A DNA stretch of 64,000 nucleotides. Origin: Blastocystis sp. Blastoise. Lineage: Eukaryota > Protista > Bigyra: Opalinata. The notes under the pieces are model-generated. The model was not told where the DNA came from. It saw nothing but the letters and a program-made list of their open reading frames with translations, and did not search any database. This document shows, in pieces, positions 37,551-57,373 of the stretch; the stretch's first letter is position 1, and every line of letters begins with the position of its first letter. The stretch lies in the NCBI GenBank assembly GCA_039096225.1, contig JBBPEB010000025.1, positions 682,001-746,000 on the forward strand, in the 5' to 3' direction. The position numbers were made by a program, and so were the translations under genes.

Positions 37551-39195
37551 TTAAAGTGCTCTAAAAATAAGATTAAAAATAACAACTCCAAGTCCAACTA
37601 TTATTAATATTAAAATTAAAGAAACACAGCATTTGTCTCCTTTTACTGAGAAATTTGCTTTTGAAGTGTTTTTTGTTGTTTTTGAAACATGATTTGTAGT
37701 AATATCCACAACATCTGCCAAATCACTTAACATTTTATTTTGTTTATCTACTTCATCACCAATTGCAGTCGCATAATTCTATGAAAAGATGCTGAAATCT
37801 GATTTTTTAAGATATATAGAATAACATACTAATAATGAATATATATAATAATATTTATAATTTATGGTTATTCATTGAGAACAAATATGGAAATATTCAA
37901 TTAAATATAGGAAAGAGTAAATGAAATATTGATGAATCAATATAAAATAATCTATTTTTTTGTATCATATCATATATAGTATAGTATTATAAGAAAATAC
38001 AAAATAGAAGCATAGATATATATATATATTAATAAGAATACTTGTAATTCATCAAGTCCATCACTAACAACATCTAGTATTTGGTCAAACGCCTGATCTT
38101 GTTTCAATAACTGCTCCATATACATCTCTTGATCTCTGTTCGTTTCTATCTCTATATATGTATCATCCTTATAAGTATCACCCATCAATTCATGACGCAA
38201 CTTATCCTCTATATATGTATTATTATTATTATATAATATTATTATTACATATATATAATATATTTATATTACGTCTATATACTCTAAGCTCTTATATATA
38301 TAAATATATACTTTCAATATCTAATTCACTTTTCTTGACATCAAATGTACTTAATTGTTTATAGGAATCAATTGTCTCGTCAATATCTATATATTATATA
38401 TATTATATATACATAATTTATATTATAAATAATTGATATAAGACTTTAATTTATATATATATATATAAATAATGAATAAAGTATTCCAAAAAAAAAAACT
38501 AATTTTAAAATAATATTATATATTGATAAGTCTAATAAAAATTATTATTCTTATAAAAATAATTATTCTACTATTAATTATATATATATATATATATGTA
38601 CCTGTAGTTCTGTTTCGTTCATCCATCATTGATTGTAATACTTTTATTTGTCGACCGATCAACACTAAATCATTCTGTCTTTCTTCTAGTTGTTCCTGTG
38701 TTAATTTCTTCTATATATATAACTATATATTATTTAAATATAAAAAAATATATAATATATATTTAAATATAAAAACAATATAATATATTATTTAAATATA
38801 AAACAATATAATATATTAATATAAAAAACCCTATATACTTTCTTCTTAATATCTTTTTTATTTTCTAATTCCAAAGACATAAAGACTTCTTGAACTTCTT
38901 TCATTTTTCTAAAGATCAAAGCATTTGCTTCTATTATTTTGATTCTCTCCATATTCTTATCAAGCATTGAATTCCTTGAAATAATCATCTATAATTGATT
39001 ACATACAAAAATAATTCTATAAAAAGACTTTTTATATACTTCTTTTACTTCTTTTATCAAATCAAATATCTTACTATGGTATTCCTTATATCCATTTTCT
39101 TGTGGTTGATCAATCAAAGGCTCTTCAATAGACTGATTCAACTGATCTTCCATGTGACGCAGACGGTCCAAGAGAGATAACACTTCTTTTTCCAT
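37551..39195 (-). CDS. SYP7: Qc-SNARE, SYP7 (syntaxin-71) family
   Basis: SNARE motif QDQAFDQILDVVSDGLDELQ|NYATAIGDEVDKQNKML, then KCCVSLILILIIVGL C-terminal TM. Helical N-terminus. Confidence 0.8.
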
Positions 39196-39936
39196 TATTC
39201 GTGTATAAACAAAAAATGATATAATTATTATATTTCATATCAAAAATTCAAAGAAATCACAAAATACGTGTTTTACAAATTTTCGTAAGTGAAGATTTTC
39301 TTCTTTTCAACTTAAAAATTATTATATTACGATGAAATATCAATAATCTCGAATTATCAATATTATATGTATATTATTTAAAACAGCCATATAGCATCTT
39401 AAATGATATTTATGATTCTTGTTTTAAGAAAATGAGTTCCACTTAATAGCATTCTTTATTGAGTCATAAATAAGTGAATATTACTATCATAATAGTTAAA
39501 GAAAGCAAAATCAAATTCTTATTAATGATAATTCTCATAATTATTGGAATCTCTGTCAGTATTGTCATATAATTCATTTAATATTTTTTATTTGTTTCCA
39601 ATATACAATCTAAATCTAAAAAATCATAGAATATATAACTGTAATTATCCATTTTATCAGTTTATTTCGTTATGTCAAATATCATTCTAATCAGATTTAA
39701 TGCTTCAATGATAATCTTGATCATTTATATATATATTAGTGCAACATAATTTAATTATGTAGTTTTAAAGCGATCATTAGGTATATAGAAAAATATTTCT
39801 TTTTAATACTTTAAATGATATACAAAACAAAAAATGAAACAAATAAGGGATAATAAAAACAATTCTAATCATATTACAAACAAAAATATGAATAGTATAT
39901 AATAATAAAATTAAAATTATCTATATATATATATTG

Positions 39937-41008
39937 TTATAAATCAGCACTTCGATAACGATAATCTTGTTCTTGTAAAAATTTCTTTTCATTTTCTTTT
40001 TTAAATTTCCTTTTTTCAAATCCATTACTACGATCGACTCCATCCCATCGATATCCTGGTTCTATATTAAATCGATTTGGAGCAGGTTGAGGTCCTTTAT
40101 ATTTTGGACGATTCTTTATTGTTGTTAATAAAGGAGTTTCATGTAGAAATGTTTTGGAAGGTTGTTGAATTGTATTTTGTTTTTCTTTTATTATTTGTTT
40201 TACTTCATGTTCTATAGTATCTTCTTCTAAATCTTCATCTAAATCACTTGTATGTACACTTGAATCACTAAAACTATCACTTGATTCACTATCATTATTA
40301 TCATCATTATCATCATTATCATTAGAAGAAGAATTCTTACTTAATTCTCTTAATTTCTTTTGACGTAATTTCTCTTTTTTCTCTTTTTTCTTTTGAAGAT
40401 ATTCTAACATTGGATCATCTGCTAATTCTTCTTTACCTAATTCTTCTTGTAAATGCTTATCCTTTTTAGTTATAATAAATGGTTGAGAAGCTACCTATAT
40501 AAAGTGTAGAAGCAAATAAAAAATTATTATTATAATAAACATAATAAACATAATAAGAAGAAGAAATATATATATATATATATATATACTTCATTTAATT
40601 CCTTGATTTTATTCAGTGTTTCCAGTTTTTGTGCAGTAGCAACATTATAATCAAAATTCTCCTTTTCGATATCTTTTTGACTCTAAATTTTAAAAAATTA
40701 AAAAATCATATAGAAAACTCATATATAATTATTTTAAAATAATTTATGAATATTGTGAAATATAATTTTATATTATATTTATATTATATATAGCATACTT
40801 TAACCTTCTTTCCTTTGAATCTATCTAACAAATATTCAGTTTTAGAAATTCTATGACCATTTTTATCTCTATAAACAGTATGTTGTTGACCTCCAGACTC
40901 TTTTATTTCTTTTTCAGTTTGACGCTTCTTTTGAGATTTGATTCTTTCCTGATTTCGTCTGAACTCCTCAGTGGTCATCAAACCATGTGTCTTATGATCA
41001 TCATCCAT
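39937..41008 (-). CDS. BUD13: Pre-mRNA splicing factor BUD13/CWC26 (RES complex)
   Basis: [16 protein letters not shown] and [24 protein letters not shown]. Confidence 0.93.
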
Positions 41009-41194
41009 CTTCAATAACAATACCAAATATATTTATTCTTAATATATTATTTCCACGAAAGTTTCGAATTTTTGATTGAATTAATAACAAATAATCATGA
41101 TTTATCAAGAAATATTATTTTACTCTATTATTGTTTTATTCATAACTGTTTTCTTCAAAAATCAGTTTCAAACCTTTATAATTAAGTTCTTCTA

Positions 41195-46811
<5,617 letters not shown>

Positions 46812-47264
46812 TTAATGCTATAGTTGTAGATAATTTTATTTTACTTTGCTTTGTTAATATTATATTTGATTTTTTTCAATTTATCAGTTGTAACAGCCAA
46901 TGAACAATATTTCATGTTTTTAATTAAAGATAACGAATATGTGTTAATACTTTGAACATTTACAAATTTAATTTACATGAAATGAAACAAAAATAGAAAA
47001 GAAGTAATGTTGGATGAACTGATTTCCAAAAACAAAGATTGAAATTTTTGCATCAAGAAAATGAAGTCAGTTCTCATGATCATTTATAGTCACAATTAAA
47101 GAATTCCTTTCAGAGTTCAGATTAAAATGGAAGAAAAATGATATCAAAGCTATTCTCCATAAAAATCATGGTTATTATCGTTTAGAGTGAAGGAATAATT
47201 TTTCATATTGATTTCTCAAATAGTTCATTGTATTACAATTATTTTTTTATAAATTCGTAATAAG

Positions 47265-48171
47265 ATGAATTCTATGTTATTTAATAACTTATTGAGATTT
47301 TCTCAGAACATTACTATTGCATTTAATCCTGCTGCTCAAGCTAGATATCTTTCTTTCAGTTTGCATAACATCGATACTGATAAAGAACAACCTATTCATC
47401 AGTTTAACAGATATGAATCTAGCGTAGCTGTTGAAGAAATAACAGAACCTGAACCCTTGAAACCTGAAGAGATTATTTGGCCAAAGAGAGCTCCACAAAA
47501 TATTAAAATTCATCAAAATGATATTCGTTATTCACCAAAACGTATGAATCAAGTTGCTCGTTTCGTATGTTTCTATTATATTTAACAGTTTATGATTTCT
47601 TCTGTTTTTCTTTTCTTTCTATATACATATTGTAAAATTATGCTATCCTTTTTATTAATTAAAATATTTCCATTATAGATTCAAGGTAGAGAAGTTGATC
47701 AAGCTTTAATTCAGTTAAAGTATTTAGAAAGACCTATATCTGACTTATTAATACGTCTTATTCAAAATGGAGTCAATCAAGCTGAAGTCAAGTATTTTTA
47801 TTTTTATTTTTGTAAATATTTTTGTTTTATTAAAAATATATAATATTATTATTATTCATGATATTTTTTTTATATATGTATATCTACTTATTGTCTTTTC
47901 CTCTTAGATATGGTCTTCGCCCTCAAGATATGATTCTTAAGACATTCATAGTGGGACCGGGTGTTCGTCTGAAAAGACATAATTTCCAAGCAAGAGGTAT
48001 ATATATATATATATATATAGAAGAGAACTCTTTTTTGATATAGTTGTTATTATTATGTTTATTATATATTGTTATTAGTATTATAATTATTATATTTATT
48101 ATTATGTTTATGTTTATGTTTATGTTTATGTTTATGTTTATGTTTATTATATATTGTTATTATTATTATGA

Positions 48172-48232
<61 letters not shown>

Positions 48233-48518
48233 AGGTCATGCTGGTGTCATGAGACATCGTTATTCAAATATTTTTGTTGTTTTAGAACAAGGTATATTAT
48301 ATATATATATTATATTTATTATATTATTTTATATCTAATATATTTATTATATTATTATATATCTACTATAGTATACTTATTATTATTCTATAGGTGCTAT
48401 ACAGCGCTCAGACTCTGCAGAAGCTCGTAAGAAGGCCAAGCAATTAAAGAGAAATACTATTCTTCAAAGACTAGAAGATGAAGAAAAATCTTCTATTAAA
48501 GTCAAAGAAGCTAATTAA
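47265..48518 (+). CDS. MRPL22: Mitochondrial ribosomal protein uL22m
   Basis: IRYSPKRMNQVARF|IQGREVDQALIQLKY..VGPGVRLKRHNFQARG|HAGVMRHRYSNIFVVLE. N-terminal presequence-like MNSMLFNNLLRFSQ. Confidence 0.92.
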
Positions 48519-49137
48519 TACAAGTATTGTTTTGGGTTTTATTTTCTTTATATATATATTATTTTTTTAATTTAATATTCATTTGGATTCTTTTTTTCTT
48601 TTTCTTTCTGTATATCTTTCTTTTTATGATAAAACAATTTGTTGTACTTATTTCTATTTCATTCATATCCTACACTATATTTATTCATTCGAATAATTTT
48701 TTGAAACAATAATTCTATTGACATAATTACTCATTCATATTTTTTATGACTATAATTTTTTTAAATCTCATACCGTATTCGAATATATCAGTTATTTCAT
48801 TTAAATCTACACCTCAGTTGTGATACATCATCTAATAATTTTACTCATTTTTGTTTTTAATATCGTATTCAACTTTATTCAATCTACCACTAAACTGTCC
48901 GATCAATTTAATTTAATAAATAATAAAATTAATCGAATAATCACTTTTTATTAACGAAACCCAATAAATGGATCCATATATTTGAAAAAGACCCAATAAA
49001 ATAGATTCCCCCTAGAGTACTTAAGGGTAATATATTTATCAGCAATGATTATAGGGTGTTTTTTTAAATAAATTGTTTTCTTCATATAGACTATTGTTTT
49101 ATTTATTGATATAGATATATTTTTCACATATTTTAAA

Positions 49138-51666
49138 ATGGCTGAAAAGGATTATTCTAAGATGACAATTATTCAATTAAAGACTGAACTTGGTAATTTA
49201 GGTCTTTCTACTACTGGTGCTAAAACTGAACTCATTGATCGTTTAAATCAATATGAAGATGAAAACAAGAATAATGAAGATAACCGCTCTGTTTCTTCTG
49301 AATCTAACCATTATGATAATAGCGATAATGATAATGATAACAAAGATGATCAACAACAACTTAATAAAAATACTGATGACGCTCAAAATTACTCTTCAAA
49401 TTACAGTGAACAACAAAATAAAAGTTCTAATACTACTAAAGCTACTGTTTACAACCCTTCTGCTGTCAACCCTGCTAATCCTGATGGTCTTCCTAAGATT
49501 TTTGTTGGTGGTCTTCATAGTGAGATTACTGATGATATGCTCAGAGACTATTTCAAGCAATTTGGTGAAGTCGTTGCTGTATGTTTATTATGCATTTTGT
49601 TTTATATATATATATTTTTTTTTGTATTTTTATTTTTTTATAACTTATATATTTTATGTAACTAATCTATAAATATATATATTCTACAGTGTAATGTAGT
49701 TCGTGATAAGGCTACTGGTAAATCCAAGGGATTCGGATTCGTTCAACTTGCCTCTCACGAAGTATCTATATATATATATTAAATAATATTATAATTCTTT
49801 ACTAAAACTCACTGCAAATCTCTTTTCTTCTTCTTCTGTTGATGTATTTATACTTAAGAAATAGAATAAATCACGAAGAGACACTTCTATTAATATTATT
49901 TATTCTTCTACTTCTATATATTGACAAGTATATATGTCAATTACATATACAGAACAATCGATAATCTTTTTTTTCTTGTGTCTATTAATAAGAAGGGATG
50001 TATATATATTGCTTATCGATTTCTTCTACTTCTATTCTAAGGTCTATACTCATAATATACATTAAATTGTATTCCTACATACATATATATATGTACAAAT
50101 AGCTGAGTATACTTATATAACTACTTTATCTTCTTCATGATAAATAGCACTTAAGTATAAATATATATATATATGTATATATATATACTTATACATATTG
50201 ACCTTTTGATCTTCTCTATTTCTCCCCCTACAATTCATTCCTATTCTTATGTTACTATTGATTGAATATACCATCTCATACTGCATTTCTCTGATGTTTC
50301 TCTATTCCTCTATATATATACATATATATACTTTATTTTCTTCTGTTTGTCGGTACTATTTCATATTTTATGTTATATACACATGTTAAATAACTTCTTA
50401 CTCTTATTCTATATATAACAACATATATGTATCTTTTATTTCCTCGAATTCTTTTATTTCTTCTTCTCTACTCTTTTTTTATGAACTACTACAAAAATTA
50501 TACACTATTATTCTTCTTCTTTGCCTTATAATCGTGATTATTCTTTGTGTTTCTTATGATTGATTTGTTTAAAAGAGATTTGCAGTTTAGTTGTCTATGC
50601 TTTATTATTATCTTTATTATTTTATATATTATTTTATATATTCTATATATAGATAGTGGATGAGATTCTCTCTCATACTGAGTTAAAGATTCGCGGGAAA
50701 AAGGTCGATGTCCGTCGTCAGAGTCAAGAGATGAAGAAGGAAGACGCTGTCAAGTATACATATATATAGTGTTATTATTATTATTATTAAATATTTATTA
50801 TTATCTTTATTATTATATATTCATTATTATCTTTATTATTATATATTTATATTTATTATCTTTATTATTATATATTTATATTTATTATCTTTATTATTAT
50901 ATATTTATATTTATTATCTTTATTATTCTACTTCTATTCTACTATAGATATAAGATTCACGTATCTGGTCTTACTGACGATATGAGTAATGATGATATTA
51001 CTGCTGCCTTCAATACTTATGGTAAAGTCACCGAAATCTCTATTTTACGTAATGATAACGGCAGTATTCGTGGATTCGGATTCATTCGCTTTGATAATAC
51101 ACAAACTGTAGATAATCTCTTACAATTACAATCTATTAATATTAAAGGACATGAAGTATATATATATATATTATGTTTATTATTATCATTATATGTTATT
51201 ATGTTTATTATTAATATTATTATTATTTCTTTAGGTGTCTATTCACAGTGCTAAGAATAAGAAGATGGTCACTCCCATGAGAAATAATATGATGATGGGT
51301 ATGAATAACCAATATATCATGAATCCTGCTATGATGGGTATGTATAATCCAATGATGTATCAGAATATGATGGGAGTCAACCCAATGGCGGGAATGACCG
51401 GTATGGCGGCTAACGGAATGGCGGGAATGAACACTATGGGTGCTATGACTGCTATGCCCGCCACCGGTATGGCGGCTAATGGAATGGCGGGAATGAACAC
51501 TATGGGCGGTATGACTGCTGCTGGAGCGATGGGAACCATGGGAGTAACAGATCCTACAGCTATGATGATGTATCCTCAAACTCAACAAATAGGATATAAT
51601 TATCAGGCTGGAGTCGGCGGTCCTCAACGCAATCAATATAATCGCAAACCTAATGGACAATATTAA
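49138..51666 (+). CDS. SAP domain + two RRM hnRNP/Musashi-like RNA-binding protein with Met/Gly-rich tail
   Basis: SAP (YSKMTIIQLKTELGNLGLSTTGAKTELIDRL), RRM1 (KIFVGGL..KSKGFGFV), RRM2 (KIHVSGL..RGFGFI), low-complexity C-terminus. Confidence 0.9.
49801..50591 (+). ncRNA. Putative structured intronic RNA element
   Basis: Perfect 16-bp inverted repeat 49811-49826/50571-50586 and 14-bp 49845-49858/50150-50163, enclosing several nested hairpins. Confidence 0.5.
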
Positions 51667-52121
51667 TATTAATATATATATATCACATTTAGGGTACAAT
51701 CGATTGAAATGAAATTATATTTGAAATTGTTTTTGTCATTTTATAAACTATGTGTTATTCTTTTTATCTCTTATTTCTTTTTTTCTTTGCATTTAAATAG
51801 TATTGTTTTCTTTGTTCATTTATTTCATATTCTTTTCAGTCATATTTCTTTCCTTTATCAACTACTGTTTTATGTAGTCAATTCTATATATTCCAAACTT
51901 TTACTTTTTTTATGAAATTCGTCACAAACTGTTTTTCATGACTTTTCCTTTTTTCTTGTATATAGCGTGTGTGTGTGCTGTATATCATGTTTTTCGTCTT
52001 TTTCCCTTTCTTTTATTGATTTACATAAAGTTTTGTTGTCACAGCATAGTATCTATAAAACAAACTAAACAATATTAGAGTATATATATTAATAAGAATA
52101 TAAAAATTTTAAAAAAATAAA

Positions 52122-52787
52122 TTAATAATGATGATGAGATCGAGAATGGCCATGATAATGATCGCCACTAGAACTACTAGGACTTCTAGAATCACGGGAA
52201 TATCTATGTTTTGAATGACTATATCTATCTTGATTTCTAGAACTTGAACTCTTGTTGTGATTATCTCTTTCAGAATACACATGATCATTCTTATTATTAT
52301 TTCTATCTTTATCATTATAAAAAGTACTATTATTATCTTCATATCTACTCGTATTTCTACTATCGTCTCTATTTCTATTCGTATTTCTACTATCGTCTCT
52401 ACTATTACTTCTACTTCTACTATTATATCTATCTTTATTACTTCTACTTCTACTATTACTTCTACCTCTACTATTACTTCTACTACTGTTATATCTACTA
52501 CTGTTATATCTACTACTGTTATGTCTACTATTACTTCTACTTCTACTATTATATCTATCTCTATTATTATTATTACTTCTACTATCTTTATAATTATTAT
52601 TACTATTCTTTGTATCAATATCCCCGCGAATCTGATCGTTTAATGCCATCAACTCCGCTAACTTTGAATCTTTTTTTGCACCTTTTTTCCTTCTTCCAAA
52701 ATCATCAAATTCATCATCAGAATCTTCATGTTGAACACGATCCGAGGGGTCCTATATATATATATAATAGATATATATATATATATA

Positions 52788-52827
<40 letters not shown>

Positions 52828-53929
52828 ACAATTACAAATATTTATTAACCAATATATATATACTTGTCGTTCATAATAACCTCCTCCCAGACCGGTTCGT
52901 GGTTCTTCCTTAACTAAACCAGGTTTAGGGGCGTCACATTTATTACATGTCTTCCTATAATCCCAATTGATATTATGACATTTCTCACACTCCCAATCGG
53001 TAGGCTTTTGATTCGGAACCTTCTGACGAAAAGGTTTATCTATATATATTAATATATATAGTATATAAACATAAGAATATATAATATATAAACATAGTAT
53101 ATAATATATAAAAAGACTAAGATAGTAATAGATACTAAAAAATAGAGTGACGTAGAGATACAAAGATAAAACACATATATAATAAATAATATATAATATA
53201 TATTTATAAAAATAAAATAAATGTAAATAACTTTATAATTGTATAATAAACAATAGTATATATAATCATTTAAATATAATATCATCTATAAATATATCAA
53301 CTTTTAATGTATATAAATATATATTCTCGAAATACCCTCTTTTTGAACAGTTAACTATAATGTTGATAAAATAATGATTTTTTTATATAATATATATAAC
53401 ATACAACTTCCTTTGGGGCTTTTGTTTTACATCGATTACAATCATTTCTCCAAGCCCAATTCATATTACCACATGTAGGACATTTCCAATTTTTTCCATC
53501 CTCTGATGGAGCGCCTGTAGGTAATCGAGAGGCAGTGTTCTTCTTTTTACTATCACCCCAAGAAGAACGTACAAGTAGAGGATCTGTATTATTAACAAAC
53601 GGAACACTAGACGTATTATACCCATCTGTACAATCTACATGTTTTTTAATGAATTTACTATCAAAAATTATAAATAGTGTTAAAAAATACTTAAATCGGC
53701 AGCAACTGAATTACTTAATGTTGGTATTCCAGTATTCTATTTATTGTTTTTGAACAAGTAATATAGTTTCATATAATAAAATATTCATACAGGAGGATTT
53801 ATTGCTGAACCAGATAATGGTATGTACGAAGATGGAGGTGGTAAGGAATTTTGAGGATCTAAAATTAATATACATCATGAACGTAGTATGAAATAATATA
53901 CAGGAATTTATATTAGAAGAATTCCACAT
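52122..53929 (-). CDS. ZRANB2: ZRANB2-like splicing factor (2 RanBP2 zinc fingers + RS-rich tail)
   Basis: WKCPTCGNMNWAWRNDCNRC, WECEKCHNINWDYRKTCNKC, EPRTGLGGGYYERQ and DSDDEFDDFGRRKK, then RS/RN repeats. The model needs a 19-nt microexon at 53336-53354. Confidence 0.88.
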
Positions 53930-54346
53930 GGATATTAATAAAACCAAAAATAAAGAAAATTTATATTAGAAATATTCAAACTTATGGATAATAAGTACCG
54001 AATAATTTAAAAAATAAATAAAATCATATTTGAGACTTTTTTTAGCATTACGTTATTGTAAGCTATATTTATTCATTGAGTCTTGTTGTTTAGAACAAAA
54101 TGTATTGAATGATTATCTTTTTTATAAAAAATAGAGAGAGAAATCAATGACCATTTATTCGAATATGCAAAATAACATACATTCATATAGTTAATTTCAA
54201 CAATGTGTCATTTGTGGAGAAAAAATGGGTGAAAAAAACGACCTTTAAATTTTTTTTTGTTTGTCTTTGTTTTTTTCATTTTTATTTACATTACTGATAA
54301 CTTACAATATTTTTCGAATAATCAAGATAAGACTTAACAGGGATAC

Positions 54347-55259
54347 ATGAATATAGAAGAAAAAAGTATTTTAAATAATTCAATTTCTTTAGAAATATGC
54401 TATATAGATAATCTAGATAGTGTAGAGAGTCAAAAGGGAAATGAAAGATTGATTACAAATAATAAAAATGATGATGAGGGTGAAAGTAGTGATTCATCAG
54501 TGGATCTTCCTCGACCTTTGAAGATTCATAAGCGTCGAAGATATATTTTAGATAATGGAAGTATTATTATCGAATCTCAGAGTTACTATTGTTTTTTTTT
54601 CTAGGTGAATTGGTATATGTTGAAGCAATTCAAAAGAATGAATGGATGCCTAAGATGTTTTTTGATTTATCAAACACGTACATAACATAGCACACACATA
54701 TATATGTATTAATAATATATAGTTCTATGCGGAATCCTAATTTATTATCGTTATTTATTGAAAAAGAACTGATTGATTGGCCAGTAAATAAGAACGAAAA
54801 ACAATGTGCTCATTGCCGTCAATTTATAAGGAAAACGAATTGTTGTATATAATACTATTTATTTATTAACTATTATGTATATATGTCTTATATATATAGT
54901 GTATTGTGCACACTGCTGTAAAAATATATTTCGTAATAGTTTACTACCTTATTTATATAAGTATTGTCAATCATGCAAACAATTCCATTATATTAAGTAT
55001 ATATATATATCATTTTTTATATAAATATTTATTAATTTCTATATATATATTATTTTTATTTATATTATGTTATATATATATTATTTTTTATATATATTAT
55101 TTTTTATATATTTTTTTTATATATATTTTTTTTATATATTTTATTTTTTATATATATTATTTTTTATATATATTATTTTTTATATATATAGTTATTTTGC
55201 CCATGGTGACGATTATATCGACGATTTCTGTCGAAAAGGAACTACACTACCGTGTGCGG

Positions 55260-55296
<37 letters not shown>

Positions 55297-55371
55297 ATTA
55301 TTATTATATATAGTACACATTATTCCCGCGCCTAAATTACCGCCATCAGGGGCTTATTTGATTAGTAGAGA

Positions 55372-55429
<58 letters not shown>

Positions 55430-56249
55430 TCAGTTACCCTGCTATTTCTATTCGTAAGGAATTGTGTTCCAAAAGGATCATTCGAAAGAGTCATCGTCAC
55501 ATGGGCTATTGCATACATTGTAAAAGCAAATATAAGCCATCTATATGTAGTATATATATATATATAAAGATTAAAAGTATTTATTGTTAATTAACAATTA
55601 TATATATATATATATGTATATTTATATATATATAGCAATATGTGACGCATGTCGATCTGGAGTTGTGTTTCATCATGACGCGTATTCCCACGATTATAAA
55701 TGGTGTGCCCGATGTGGGAAATTCCATAATATCGAGTATATACTCTCTTATATATATAACATACATACAATATATTCTCTCTCTCTCTATATATATATAT
55801 ATAGAGGATTCTATAGTTCGACATATGGTATATATATGGATTCGTGTTACGTGTCTCCCGCGCCCACGGCTGACCGTTCCCTCCAATATTCACTCCTAGA
55901 AACATGTATATATATTACTAAATATATAAATATATATGTATTTATAATTATATAAATATTCATCTTCCTATATATTCATAAATAATAGTATATATATATA
56001 TATATAGTTCATTGTACATATCCCTCTACGCGGGGTCTTACCCGCCGTTTTAACGATTTCCCGCTATCTCATTATCTTAAGTTAGAATTCCGATATATAT
56101 ATATGTTGAAGGACTTCTCTCAATGGCCGCGGGAAGAATATCGCGGGATCGATAATACTGATGGTATATATATAGGATTATGTATATATATACTAGTATT
56201 TATATGTATATAGGACATTGTATTATTTGTGGAAAAGAGGAAATAACAA

Positions 56250-56334
<85 letters not shown>

Positions 56335-56423
56335 TCTGTGTACAGACTGTTCTTTATCATTTATTGCTGTTTCCAATAAAACAGATCGAGTGAAATATTG
56401 CACGTCCTGCCATTACATACATT

Positions 56424-56462
<39 letters not shown>

Positions 56463-57208
56463 CTTTTTAATGTTGTGTATTTTATATTAGGATTTGTTAA
56501 TTTGATAAATATATATATATATATAGATATTTTTATGATATAAAAAGACATTTTATCGATACCACGTGCCATGCATGTGACTTATTGTACATGATCTTCG
56601 ATACATTTCGAATGATTAAACGAGGAGTTCATGTATTTGAACCCTTACTTCATCCAAATATACATATTCAACAAGCATATTCTATTTCATTTCCTCCAAA
56701 TATCCCTTTAAGAACACACTCAATAACCATGAATATCGATCACATTTGTCTTCACTGCGAATTTCGATATAATAATCAAGAAAATGAAAATGAAAAGAGA
56801 TTTGTTTGTTCCTATTGTAAATCTCATTTATTCGACAATGGACGTCAATTATATAAGTATTGCCATAACTGCAACTCTTTTCATGAACTAAAATATTTCT
56901 CAACGGTCGAGGCGTCATCATTTTCGGATTCATGTTTCTATTCTATGAATAAACAATCCTTCGACAGTCAACAAGTACAACTACTTCTCAAATCACGAAC
57001 ATCAATTGTCACTAAAAAAAAGCCTGTGTCACGTCATGCACTTAGAACTCTCGATAAAATGGCTCAACCTTCTTATACTCTCCATCCTTCTCTTGTCTCA
57101 ACAATACAATCGTCGTTGGGAGAAACAAATAACACTCAATTATTTACACATTATCTATCAAGCCTTTTACAGTCTAAATGGCAGTCATTAGTAGATAATA
57201 AAGAATAA
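54347..57208 (+). CDS. Cys/His-rich protein with four tandem SBP-like (C4-C2HC) zinc-binding repeats
   Basis: Spliced exons give four units CxxC-x11-16-CxxC-x~14-K(Y/W)CxxCxx(F/I)H-x4-F-x9-11-C. Confidence 0.75.
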
Positions 57209-57373
57209 ACACATAACTTTTGTTATATTAATAAATTGTTTTGTCCTTTTTTTTCTATAATTTAAATCATTATTATAAAAGTAATATGTTCAAGTTGTTA
57301 AGGTTATTGAAAGAAAGAAAAACAAAAAAGACTAAAAACAGCATAAGGAGTTGATGTGTAAATAATTCCCACC

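Noticed and set aside
49811-50586. MITE interpretation of the 16-bp inverted repeat
   Set aside because: No target-site duplication flanks it and no second copy is in the window. It is kept as a structured-intron finding instead.
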